Below, piece by piece: positions 42,506 to 55,434 of a stretch of 64,000 nucleotides of DNA. The stretch is from Eledone cirrhosa (lineage: Eukaryota): NCBI GenBank assembly GCA_964016885.1, contig OZ024752.1, positions 48,174,001-48,238,000 of the forward strand. Reading direction: 5' to 3'. Below the pieces are notes generated by a model. It had not been told where the DNA came from, ran no database searches, and saw nothing but the letters and a program-made list of their open reading frames with translations. Each line of letters begins with the position of its first letter. Within the stretch, counting starts at the first letter, position 1. Both the position numbers and the translations under genes were made by a program.

Positions 42506-42541
42506 CTTTTGGAAAGCAGAAGAACTGCGAAACCGGTAAAG
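42506..42541 (+). ncRNA. Variant-core hammerhead-like motif
   Basis: ctt-TTGGAAA-gcag-aagaa-ctgc-GAAA-ccgg-TA-aag; palindromic ACCGGT stem III. Confidence 0.4.
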
Positions 42542-42671
42542 GAACCAAATAAATATATATATTTTTTTTAAAATAAGACTCCAGTTGCATTTTTGATTTC
42601 ATCTTTTTTCCTTATACTTTCACTCGTGTAGGACACCTTGGTTATTTTTCATTTTGTAAAAAAAACCTCAC

Positions 42672-42725
<54 letters not shown>

Positions 42726-42804
42726 AATATAAAGTTAATAGGCAAAAATAAACATTGGAAAACACACCTTCAGGCACCATTTACATATCTTTGTTTTAAC
42801 CTAG

Positions 42805-42920
42805 ATTTTAAACCTGCAATAGATATTACAGAGTACTATGAGAATATTCCAGATGACAACTTTAAGTTTGTTTCACTGAAATCCACAGCAGCCAGCCGAC
42901 AATCTAGTTTGTATGACTAA
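42805..42920 (+). CDS. Possible terminal exon (D)FKPAIDITEYYENIPDDNFKFVSLKSTAASRQSSLYD*
   Basis: Good acceptor tctttgttttaacctag and 37 open codons; no partner exon identified. Confidence 0.2.
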
Positions 42921-43274
42921 CAGTAAATCTTGTCAGTGTGGACATCCTTTTCAAGTAAGCAGCTGTTATGAGCTCCCTTGAGCTCCCTTGAAATTAGGGT
43001 ATAACATATAAAGTATTTTGTCAGGTTTTCAATAATTCAGAGCCAGAAAGGTTGGTAGTAATAAATTACATGAAAGAAAAGAAGTTTCAATGTAACATCT
43101 TTCAAGTAATTTTAATGTATAGAAACTATTGAATACTCCCGACTTGTTCTGTACTTAAAAAGATGAATAATTTTGACAGTAACAAATACACGACTGCATG
43201 AAAACGTATTATTACAAGTTTTACAAATACGTTCTAAAGTCAGCAGATGAATTATAAATACAGTCAACTATTTA

Positions 43275-43410
43275 ATTGAGAGATCACAACACTGATACTG
43301 TAGCCGTGTTGTCACAATGCTTCAGGAGAGAATCACTGAACAGATTTTATAGATAGGCAAACTCAGCCGACAGGAAACCCAGTGGTAGACCCCAAGCAAG
43401 ATGTATGGAG
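43275..43410 (+). mobile_element. Old RTE-type LINE fragment
   Basis: IERSQH*YCSRVVTMLQERITEQIL*..PSGRPQAR resembles the IERSQLRWFGHVxRMPxER..GRPRxRW motif. Confidence 0.6.
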
Positions 43411-43808
43411 ACCTATTGTGTGTGTGGGTGTGTGTGTGTATATATATATATATCTTAAGAGTCAATGGCCATCCAAAATCACTGGGAGAGATGACCCCTT
43501 AGCCTTTGTCAAGGCAGAATTCTAGGAGAAGGAAAATTCTGATATAACACCTGCAACCCTGATGGTATCCAATGATGTTGACTTGTTCTTTTTGGTAAAT
43601 ATCGTCTTGGTTAAGTAGGACTGGCTTTGTGCAGTGCCTTTGCTCACTATAAAAGCTTCACGGCACAGGCATTGCTTTGTATCTGGAGATCTCTCTGCAC
43701 TTGTCATCACATGGTACCATGGGCCCAGCACTAAGTGTCAATAATTGTCACAAGTGTAGTGTTTGTACCAGAGTTTTCAAGTCGCTGGCTGGACTAAAAA
43801 GTCACTCG

Positions 43809-43867
<59 letters not shown>

Positions 43868-44485
43868 AATATGTGTGTGTGTGTGCATATAAGCCTATGT
43901 TTGTGTGTGTATGTGTGCATGCGTTTATTTATGTTCTGTAACTTAGTGGTTCTTCAAAATGAGATCGATAATATAAGTCTGAAACTTGAAAAAAAATATA
44001 TATATATATATATATATAGATATACAAGGGCAGTGCCCCAGTATGGCCTCAGCCAGATGGCTGGAACAGGTAAGAGTAATATATATACTAAGACCAATAT
44101 GGCCAACTAAAAACTTTCAAGGCATTGCTCCAGCATGGTCGCTGTCTAATGGCTAAAACCAGAGAAACAATAAAAAGGGAGCAAATCTTAGCCCAAAGAT
44201 TTAGTATAATATACTTTATCATGTGTCATAATTTGTTGGGGTCTGAGATAATTTTAAATTTGGTGAATGACTTAGTAATATCTTTGACAAAGTGATTGAT
44301 GAGTCTGTTATATATGCAGTTGAATGTTTAGGAAAGGGAAATTAGAACAGCTATTATTTAAATATTTAAACTTATTAAATATTCAAGAGATAAAGAAATT
44401 CAAGCAGTAGGAGCACCCACACACATTTTGACATTTATAAAATTATAAAAACAAATTGATATAACAAGCAGGGAAAAGCAGGCAT

Positions 44486-44525
<40 letters not shown>

Positions 44526-44726
44526 CAGTCCACGCTGTAATGTGGCCGTGTAGGCAACACGGTAAAAACCTCCCAGCCCCACACTGTAAATGTGGTTGGT
44601 GTTAGGAAGGGCATCCAGCTGTAGAAAACCCGCCAGACAGTCCTATGCGAGCAAGACAACCACTCTTGCCTCAAGTGGGAAAACCCCCGTCCAAACCCAT
44701 GCAAGCGTGGAACAGGGACGTTAAAC

Positions 44727-44759
<33 letters not shown>

Positions 44760-45452
44760 ATATATATATATAAACACCTATGTATATATATATATATATA
44801 TATAAACATATATATATGTCCTTATGTTTGTGTTTCTTTTACATTTTCTAAATAATGTGTGTAAGATTATATATATGTGTGTGTGTATGTATGTGTGTCA
44901 TCGTTTTTATGTCCTTTTCCATAATATGAGTAGGTCAAGACATTTTAAAATACACAGCTTTGTATCGCAGAAACAGAGACAGTTTCAGGTGATTTAATAT
45001 TAAGAGTTTTAAAAATTATCAACAAATCAATCAAAGAATATAAAGTGAGATTTGATTTCTGATAGAATAACTTCTAATACACCTCATAATGAACCCCAGT
45101 ATATATAAACTGAAAGACACCAAAACAATCCAAATATCTGAAGAACAAGATCCTGTCTGAAATTTATAAGCAGCTGAGCTGGAAGATTGGTGACAGTAGA
45201 AATCATTTGTATCTCAGAAGATGGGAGTATTTATAAGCAGCTGAGAGATTGGTGACAGAAATCATGTGTATCTCAGAAGAATGTAGTACTTATAGCTTTG
45301 AGATACCATATACAACAAGCATTTTAATGTCATTTTTAATGCTAAAGCATGGATTAGCTTGGTATGTCCATGATAAACTTCATACTCATCATTGAGGCAT
45401 TTTATGGGCAATGTTGTACAGCCAGATGCCATTCCTTGCACCAATTTGTTAA

Positions 45453-45643
45453 CCATTTAGCATTTACATTACTCTAAATATACTATTGTATTTTCATGGT
45501 AAAGGCTTTATCTCACATAATATTGAATCTATGAGATTTTGAGAACAATATCTTAACATCACTGAGTGGGCGATTATGTCTGGTTTGAACAGAAAGAGGT
45601 GAGAGAACTCTGGCCAGATACAGCTGATTTAAATGCTAAAGGA
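45453..45643. mobile_element. piggyBac-like MITE family 1, third copy
   Basis: TTAA|ccatttagca...tgctaaagga|TTAA. Confidence 0.8.
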
Positions 45644-46484
45644 TTAAGTTGCCTTTTACAATACACAAGGATATAGTGTACCTATCTAAATGGAAATTAC
45701 ACAGTTTATAGTACTGCATATACTCATGAGTGAGTTGCACCTTTTTTACAAAAATAAGGCTTAAAAAATAAACAGAATGCAACTTATTTCCTGGACCTAC
45801 ATAACCTGTACAAACCAAGAACTGAACTAAATATGTTGTATGTAAAATGAAGATGCAACTTATACTCATGTATATATGGTATTTGTCACACTAATAAAAG
45901 TTAGAAACAAATATAAAATGCAATGAAAGATATGAATTTGGTTGTTGTTGTTGTTGGTGATGGTCGTCGCCGTCGTGGAACTTCAAAATGTTGAGTTAAC
46001 GTTCTTTTTTTTAATTTTTTTTTTATTTCACAGCACATGTAAGAGACTGTCAATCAAATCACAACTCTCAATATACATATGGACATATACATAACATGCT
46101 GTCAATTAAACCTTCCTACTTCTTGCTGTGAACATATACAATGTGCTGTCAATCAAAAGGTCACAATTTTCTATCTGAATGCACAGAATATGCCAGGCTT
46201 CAGAATCCTCATCATACTTGTGAAGGGAGAATAAGAACTGCATCTTTTGTTTAACTGAGTCAGTCTTCATTCCCTTGACCATACAGCACAACTGTTAAAC
46301 TGTTAAACCAGAAATGTTGTCAACAATGCCTGGCCTAATTTTCTAAAATAAAATAAATAAGAATCAACTTAACCCTTCTGATACCAAACCGTATGAGCTC
46401 CCACCCTCTCCCACCTTGGTTTTAAGATACAAAGCTGTTTATTTTAACCCTATCACTGTATTTGAATTGATTAATGAAGAATTT

Positions 46485-47385
46485 GGAGGTGTGTGGCCTA
46501 GTGGTAAGGGTGTTGGACTTACAATCATAATGTTGTGGGTTTGATTCCTGGACTGGGTTGTGTGTTGTGTTCTGTGGAGGTGTGTGGCCTAGTGGTAAGG
46601 GTGTTGGACTTACGATGATGTTGTGGGGTTGATTCCTGGACTGGGTTGTGTGTTGTGTTCTGTGGAGGTGTGTGGCCTAGTGGTAAGGGTGTTGGGCTTA
46701 CAATCATAATGTTGTGGGTTTGATTCCTGGACTGGGTTGTGTGTTGTGTTCTGTGGAGGTGTGTGGCCTAGTGGTAAGGGTGTTGGACTTACGATGATGT
46801 TGTGGGGTTGATTCCTGGACTGGGTTGTGTGTTGTGTTCTGTGGAGGTGTGTGGCCTAGTGGTAAGGGTGTTGGACTTACAATCATAATGTTGTGGGTTT
46901 GATTCCTGGACTGGGTTGTGTGTTGTGTTCTGTGGAAGTGTGTGGCCTAGTGGTAAGGGTGTTGGACTTACAATCATAATGTTGTGGGTTTGATTCCTGG
47001 ACTGGGTTGTGTGTTGTGTTCTGTGGAAGTGTGTGGCCTAGTGGTAAGGGTGTTGGACTTACAATCATAATGTTGTGGGTTTGATTCCTGGACTGGGTTG
47101 TGTGTTGTGTTCTGTGGAAGTGTGTGGCCTAGTGGTAAGGGTGTTGGACTTACAATCATAATGTTGTGGGTTTGATTCCTGGACTGGGTTGTGTGTTGTG
47201 TTCTGTGGAAGTGTGTGGCCTAGTGGTAAGGGTGTTGGACTTACAATCATAATGTTGTGGGTTTGATTCCTGGACTGGGTTGTGTGTTGTGTTCTGTGGA
47301 AGTGTGTGGCCTAGTGGTAAGGGTGTTGGACTTACGATGATGTTGTGGGTTTGATTCCTGGACTGGGTTGTGTGTTGTGTTCTGT
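46485..47385 (+). repeat. Tandem array of 10 extra tRNA-like SINE heads (88/91 bp units)
   Basis: Unit starts 46485, 46576, 46664, 46755, 46843, 46934, 47025, 47116, 47207, 47298; each has A box tggcctagtgg and B box ggtttgattcc (ggggttgattcc in two units). Confidence 0.95.
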
Positions 47386-47676
47386 GGAGGTGTGTGGCCT
47401 AGTGGTAAGGGTGTTGGACTTACAATCATAATGTTGTGGGTTTGATTCCTGGACTGGGTTGTGTTCTTGAGCAAAACACTTAATTCCACATTGCTCCAGT
47501 ATACTCAGCATAAAATGAGTACCAGCAATAGCTGGGGGTTTAACCCTGTGATGGTTTGGCATCCTGTCCAGGGGGGGGGGAGGAAGTCTTGTACGCTTAG
47601 TCGCTTCACATCATTAAACTAGGATAAGCATCGGTCTAACGAGCCTTAAATGGCTTCAGACAGACTTTAGATTTAG
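47386..47676 (+). mobile_element. Meta-domain-type SINE (11th head plus body)
   Basis: CORE-like gtgttcttgagcaaaacactt, then gctgggggtttaaccctgtgatgg..gcatcctgtccagggg..tagtcgcttca..ggataagc..cagactttag, resembling MetaSINE 3' regions (recalled, not searched). Confidence 0.75.
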
Positions 47677-49779
47677 ACCATGGACACAGCACAATACAAG
47701 TGTGTGGGGATATGAACTATAAATCTATGAGCAGACAACATTTTTTTTTTTACTACCTCAAATTAGATGCTATGGAAGTATCAAGATCGGTTCTTATTTT
47801 CTAAATAAAAAAAACAAAAAACTTTATTATTCTCTAAGAATTTGGCTGCAGCCATTATAAAGATTACATATACAAAATATAGAAAACTGTCAAATTAGTG
47901 AATTTATAAAAAAAACAATAAAATGAACTCACAGAAAGACAGACAAAGACAAGTAACAACACTGCAATATGATTTTAAATTCAATTTGTTATAATGATAG
48001 ATTTTACTTTCTCATTAATAAAAGCAGGCAATTACATATGTTTATTTTAAACTTTCTTTCTTACATACATCTATATGCATACACACACACATATATATAT
48101 TTATACATACATACACATATGTATATACATGTATATATACGTAATGTGTATATATATATAGACATACACATACATACATATATATACACATTTTGTGTGT
48201 ATATATGTATACACACATTTATATAGACATATTTATATATTTATATATATATATATATACGGGCACACACACACATATATATATATATACTATACATAAA
48301 TATATGTTATATATATATACATACTATACATAAATGTATGTTATACATATATATACATCCATACACACACATTATATACATACATACAAACATGCATACA
48401 AACATACATTCATACTAACACACATTCTAATAGCTATGTTTCCATGTGGAATATAAAATATAACTCATTATTGACTGGGAAACTATTTACCATTCCACTG
48501 ATAAAAGAAAAATTAAATTACACCATCTAATATAAGTGAAAATAATAGCAACTAATAGAAGAGAATGAAGTCAACATCGAATTCTTTATTTTCTTCCCAC
48601 TAAATATACGCCACAAAAATGATAAAGTATTCGAAACTATTTCTTTCAATATTTTTAAATGTGTAATCATGGTTAGTTCTAGAGTCTTGGATTACCAATT
48701 TAATCTTTCTCCTGACATTTAGGAATGATAAGACTAAACAAAAACGAAAAAAAAAAAAAAAAAAAAGAGAGAAAAGCGATGTAGGAAGGAAGGAAGAAAG
48801 GAAGAAGGTAATGAATCTGTAATAAACTAAGTTCTCTAAATCAATGGTTTTATCAATCCTTTCTTATATTATATGAAATGATATGTTGTACTTTAATTTG
48901 GTGTCTTATCTATTCATGCAAATTCCCATCTATTTATTTGTGTTGTTTTAAACTTCAGCTTTAGGTTTTGTTGTTTAGTTTATGTTTTGTTTTTTAAGTT
49001 ATCCCCCCCCCCCCCTGTCTCTGTTTTGTCAGTAATTGCTAACATGACACACTGGTCAACTACTCATATTAAGCTGAATCCCCCCCCCCCCACCCGCCGC
49101 GTAACTAATAGTGGACCAGACGAAACTATATAAATAAGAACTTGAAGTGAACTGTCATGGGATCTGTGTGTCATGGAGTCATGGAGTCTCGTTGTAGTCT
49201 CTCGTCGTCGGTAGTTCGGAATTACATCTGATGAATACCTTGAGTGTTACCCTCGTTTCGACAGATATACCAAACAGGTATGTCACACCATCATAACATA
49301 TTAAAAAATAGAAAATGGAAGTGATCATGGACATGGGTGCGACACAAATAAATGGCATTAGACAAAGCTGTGTACAGAATGAATACTGTAGGGGGGGACA
49401 GGTTCCCAGATTCAAGGAAGATAGGTGTCAAGATGAAGAAATAAGATTGATAAGTTTATAGATGTTACATGCTACATTGGTTAGAGTGGAACAGGAGATG
49501 ACCAGTTGGTACCAACTAAGAAAAGTCTTTGTCTGTTAGTGAGAATGGTGGTAATTACTGAGAAGGATGATGATGATGATGATTAAGATATGAAAAATAA
49601 ATTTAAAAAAAAATGGTTGATATTTTTCCCACTCGAATAAATGGTGAAATAATCACTAATTTCACAGTTATTATAAGGCTAATCAATTTGTGTCCGATAG
49701 CAGTTTAAAATTGCAGTTCAAGTGGTTGATCAGTCTGTGATTTATATCAACAAGCAAGGCTCAGCCAACAAATGAGTTG

Positions 49780-49918
49780 AACCAGCAAGCATGGATCAGT
49801 GAGTGAGTGATGTGAACCAGCAAGCATGGCTCAGTGAGTGAGTGATGTGAACCAGCAAGCATGGCTCAGTGAGTGAGTGATGTGAACCAGTAAGCATGGC
49901 TCAGTGATGTGAACCAGC
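49780..49918. repeat. 35 bp minisatellite x~4
   Basis: gaaccagcaagcatggctcagtgagtgagtgatgt. Confidence 0.9.
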
Positions 49919-50554
49919 ACACATGCACACACATATACATGCTCACACACACAAACACACACACCAAATGTCTGTATTTGTCTTCTTTTCCTTTCCCCAC
50001 TTCTTATATGAATTTTGTTTTGTTTTCCAATTCAATTGTTAATTATGTATGTATTTAAAAGTTTATGAACAAAACAGAAAAATGAACAAAACCGAAAAGA
50101 AATAGATTTATATTTTAAAATCTATTTGTGATAGAGATAAATTCTTTCATTTACAGATACATATATTTATGTGTGAGTGTGTGTATAAGACAGAGGGTGG
50201 GGGGATAATTTTAAATCTTACAATTTGGTAAAAGGTCTTTATATCTATAATTATTCAATCTGAGCCAAAGTTAATACATACTCACACACACATGTAAGAG
50301 AGAGATCTGTCTGTGTATATATATAGTGTGTGCATATATATAATATATATATATATATATGTATATGAGTGGATGCATCGGCGTGTGTGTATATGCAGGG
50401 TATCCCTCAAAATGTATACACACTACAACAGCATTCTAATAAAAGTGTGTATACATTTTTGGGGACATCTTATATATTTGATAGCAACTCACATTTGTAA
50501 ACACTTTGTGTGTGAATATATATATATATATATATATACACATACATACATACA

Positions 50555-50649
<95 letters not shown>

Positions 50650-52054
50650 AAATATATATATGTTTTCTCTTTCAAATTCAAGTATATTGTAGAGTTTCTT
50701 TTATTTTTCTAAACTATATTCTTCATTTTCCCCAGGCAGGGATTACCATCTAATCTTAATCTTTTCAAATTAATCTATGATGTTTTTCTCTACTTCATTA
50801 AGATACTTACTTCAGATTCTTAGTCTTCAACTATCACAATTCACATAGAATCATGTTCAGGTTTTCTTTTAGTTTTCATTGTTGACAATTCTCATATCAG
50901 ACCTTCTGAGCAATTAATTTGAAGCTTAATATCTTAATGAATATTTTAAGTTCATGTTATATTTTTAAATTGTTGAGTAGGTATTTATGTATTTATTTAT
51001 CTATTCAGGTTTTATCATTATATATTTATTTTTATATCTATATTCTTATATCTTGTATTATTATATTCTTATATCTTGTACAATTATATTTATAAGGTTC
51101 CTAGCAATAATTAATTGTATATATTGCATACGTTTATATTTTCATTCTGTAAGAATTATAAACAATTTGTAACGTTATTTATACAACTATGAATAACAAG
51201 TATTTTATTATATAGAAATAAACGACGTAAATAATAGAGTAACTTAATTGAGATTTGGCTGCTATTTTTAACAAGTTGAACGTTTACCCAAATGCTTTCT
51301 CATGAAGTCGTAAGATTAAAATAAAGTACCAGTAATGCACTGATGGCGACTTTCCCTTTCTCTCAAATTGTTGGCCTCGTGCCAAAATCAGAAACAATTA
51401 TTTCACTGCACAGATTTCGTTTCGTTTTGTTATAATATAACCAGCGCTGCGTGGCCTAATAGGAAATGAGCTGAACGTATAATTTCAGATACAAGATAGT
51501 TTCCTGTTAATTTACCACTGTATACGAACAAGAACATAATTTAGCGAGCAAGCAATGACATAAGAGAATGGTGAAGGATGTATATATATTATCTATTCCA
51601 TCTCAAATAATTCTTACGTGTCAGTAACCTAACTTAATATACGGCAAGTGTCAATAACTCATCAATATTCGATCATCCAAAAATCTAAAGAGAGCAAATG
51701 TATTTATTTCTTCAACGACCTCGTACCAATTTTTAACCTGAAGATACACAGAAAGAACCACTTCAACTTTAAATCGCTGGAACTAATGTTCTCTGAATAA
51801 CAAAATAAACTTAATGTTGCAGATAATTTTTCCGTAAATAGAATCGGTAGACATGAAGTTCCACATCCGAAATTTTATAAATGGATTTTTTTCCATTTGT
51901 TTTCTCTCCTTCCCTCCCAGACTATTTCAACATTTATCATTTCGGGGTATCATTGACAATAGAACTTGAAATAAAATAAAACATACTTTGCTTCATTCAC
52001 CGGATTCATTTCACATGCTTCTCTCTCTCTCTCACACTCACACACACACATTTT

Positions 52055-52398
52055 ACCTAGCGGTTTGACACAAAGACATCGATAAAATAAGTATTAGACT
52101 TTAAAAAAATGAATAATTGTTTCTACTTTTGGCACAAGGCAAGCAATTATCTCAGTGCATTACTGGTACTTTATTTTATCGACCCCCTGTAAGGATGAAA
52201 GATGAAAGGCAAAGTTAACCACGGCGGGATTTGAACACAGAGCGTAAAGGGTCGTAACTCTGTGCTACATAGCATGGCGTCCGACCCTCTGCCGATACTG
52301 CCAATCCACCGCCTAATGAGGTCAATACGATCAACTAAATCACTTTAAGGCAGTGCCCCAGCATGGCCGTTGCCTAACGACTGAAATCAATAAAAGAC
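52055..52398. mobile_element. SINE A (52115-52313, -) nested in another SINE (+)
   Basis: The host's cgataaaataagta... resumes after the insert and ends aaggcagtgccccagcatggccg..ctgaaatcaataaaaga, a tail also seen at ~22300 and twice at 44026-44170. Confidence 0.75.
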
Positions 52399-53135
52399 TA
52401 TGTGTGTGTGTGTGAGACTATTCTATACACACACACATACGAGTCAAAGAATTTTACACACACATACACACGAGCCGAAGAGAGTCTTCTAAGACCTAAT
52501 GTGTGTGTATGCAATGTATCGGTCGAGATATTTTCGTTTCCTTATTTCCAGGTCTGTTTTTTAACGATTCCGCCCATTTAGTTACCCAATTTCAGATTGA
52601 TAAAAGTATTCCAGAGAATGAACCTAACTTACAGTTTAGTTGTTCCTCCAAACGTGAAAGTTTATTACGATTTCGTAGAAAGGAAGATAGGAATATAATA
52701 CCCCCATTACTGAAGATTTTCTTCTCGTTAACACCTCTTTAGTTTATTAAATACTTTTCTAGCTGTGTTTGGAGTGGGTTAAATGTAAACACAGAATTTC
52801 TTACATCATACCTTCCAATTTCGTCAATTTATATAATGTCATAGATATATTTTCTACAGAAATCTAATGTCGTTTCTACAACTTGAAATTAGAAAATAAA
52901 TTATCTTTTGAGTTTATTTTATTTTTAATTTAATCAAACATTATCGTAATTTACACCTTTGAAAATTGGGGGCTTGACTGCAAGTCTTGTGTCCCGTCGG
53001 TTCGGTTTCTTCAACTTTCTGAATAAAACATATTTCTTTTTAAATGAAATTTTGTAGACATATGTTTTCCAAGTTGTACATTACGATTACCGTGATGAAA
53101 TTAATAACAGTATATATATATATATATATGATGTT

Positions 53136-53193
53136 TTCATTCTGATGATTGAAAGCAAACTTTTTTGCTTTTAAGAAACCACTGGTAAATGGA
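53136..53193 (+). ncRNA. Type-I hammerhead ribozyme
   Basis: ttcatt-CTGATGA-ttgaaagcaaa-cttt-tttgcttttaa-GAAA-cca-c-tgg-TA-aatgga; 6 bp stem I and 11 bp stem II. Confidence 0.85.
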
Positions 53194-53867
53194 ATAATTG
53201 CCTTATGTTGTTTATTACATAACTATATATATATATAACATCGGTGTGTACGCGTGTAAAGGAAATCGTACTCTAAACCTTCGAAAACGTATCTCTCTGC
53301 AAAATGTCATTTAAAACATACATTTACTCATATAAAGAATAAACAATTATTAAGAACGTTATAATGAAATAAAATCGTAGTTAGGGTACTAAATAGTAAT
53401 TATGTTGTCGAGCTACCAAATACAAGTTTGAGATTCCTTTTAAACGAAATCAGATTTATTTTGAAGAAACTGAGACAAACCTTTTCGGTTGTTTTTTTTT
53501 TTTCTATTATAAAATATTATATTTGAACTCCTTTGAGAGAATATATTTTCAATTTCAAATTATTATTTGAAATGGAAAATGTGTTTATTAAGCGTATATA
53601 TTGAATTGCAATGTTGGTTTTAAACGAAATAGATGAAATATGCCGACACATGTAGATAGAAAACTTCAATATTTTCGATAGAGTACCCTTTATTTATTTA
53701 TTTATTTATGTTTAAATCTATCATTAACAATTTACAATAGTAAATAATTTATAAAGGTAATTTGACCAACAACAACAACTAGTAAAAACAACACACCCCC
53801 TTTGTTGTGCGTATTTGTTTATGTAATTACGATAATCGTATTTCGATACATTCAAAGTTATGTAATA

Positions 53868-54177
53868 ATTGTTTCTACTTTTTGGCACAAGGCCAGCAAT
53901 TATCCTAGTGCATTACTGGTACTTTATTTTATCGACCCCGTAAGGATGAAAGGCAAGAATAGCGAGAATAGAAAACGGTATAAGCAGTGGATTGGCAGTA
54001 TCAGTCGAAGATCGGACGCCATGCTTTGCAGCATAGAGTAACGTCCCTTTACGGTCTGAGTTCAAATCCCACCGAGGTTAACTTTGCCTTTCATCCCTCC
54101 GGGGTCGATAAAATAAAGTACCTTTAATACACTGGGGGTAATTGCTGGCCTTGTGCCAAAAGGTAGAAACAATTATT
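53868..54177. mobile_element. Inverted pair of SINE A copies
   Basis: 53868-53955 (-, 3' half) and 53985-54177 (+). Confidence 0.9.
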
Positions 54178-54844
54178 CATATAAACAATATATCGACCAG
54201 ACTGTCGCGTCTGGAATGCTTTACTGTTATTTGCCGTTCAATATAATATATGAAACGGCAAGAGCTCAGCCGTAGGGTGCTGAATCAGTATACTATAACC
54301 ATACTCTACTACCCCAAGCATCGAGTACTCTGCAAAATTTCAGTAAAAATAAAAAAACTTACTAACTCTCAACGTGTACCATATGAAACTTTGACAATAT
54401 AGTCTTGTAAAGTATAAAACAGCGCCGTAATTGCATCATATTAAAACTTCAAGACAATGTTTACTAATAATGATACTAAACTCATTACAGAATGTCGAAA
54501 ATTAGGAAGAAACGATGTCATAGTGGGATACCAAACTGTTATGGTGTCCCTGTCTTGAAGTCACAAATAATCCTCCATTTTGTAAGTCTATTCTGTAGAA
54601 AAAATGGCTTAAAACACGAGACGAATGCGACAATAAAAAACATTTTAAACTACATAATAATAACATTTTTTTATAGAATTTGTATATATAAAAAATATCA
54701 GTAAAAATAAAATGTATTATTAGCAATATAACCAAAGAAAATGTCGTTATAAGCGAGAAGGATTACCGTTTCGAATACGCTATGGTAGAATCCATTTTGA
54801 ATCGTCTGCTTTTGGGATTCAAGGGTAGGGTATATCAAAAACGT

Positions 54845-54854
54845 AAAATGGCGG
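54845..54854 (+). promoter_or_regulatory. YY1-type motif AAAATGGCGG in a CpG-richer zone
   Basis: Consensus match; CpG is visibly more frequent across ~51-55.7 kb (not quantified). Confidence 0.4.
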
Positions 54855-55337
54855 ATGGGCGATCGATGGCGAAACGAACTCAGAATTCACTGTTACACTT
54901 TAAGGCACACACATATACAGATGTAGACAGAAGTAAATTAAATCTCATTCGTCACTAATATTATTTTCTACATTCCATTTGTTTTTTTGGAGGCTGTTTT
55001 TATTTTCACTTGCTTTTTACTGCTGTATTTTTTTATCTTCTTCCAACATTTTTTATGACAAATAAACTTCGTTATTGTGGTAACCGCAAAATATTTCATT
55101 AAGAATATATATGTATATATTTTCTCACTTCTTTCTATTGCCCCTGGGTTCAACAGGTAAAAAAACGAGTTCAAAAGGCTTTCCACACCTTTCCCTTTTA
55201 CCAATCCACCCCTCTCTCTCTTTCACACAGCAAAAATATTCAATGATATATATGCATACTACTGTACGTCTGTATACATATATGTATGTACGTATACATA
55301 CTTATATATATACATATATATATATATACATACTTGA

Positions 55338-55376
<39 letters not shown>

Positions 55377-55399
55377 CACTTGAATGTATGTACATATGA

Positions 55400-55434
<35 letters not shown>

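Noticed and set aside
46109-46291. 61-codon minus-strand ORF bounded by AG/GT
   Set aside because: Weak donor, no recognisable homology, and it overlaps a repeated motif; may be chance.
46485-47460. CRISPR-like array or true tRNA-Val(TAC) gene cluster
   Set aside because: No unique spacers. The anticodon and acceptor stems do not pair properly, there is no terminator, and the last unit runs into a SINE body.
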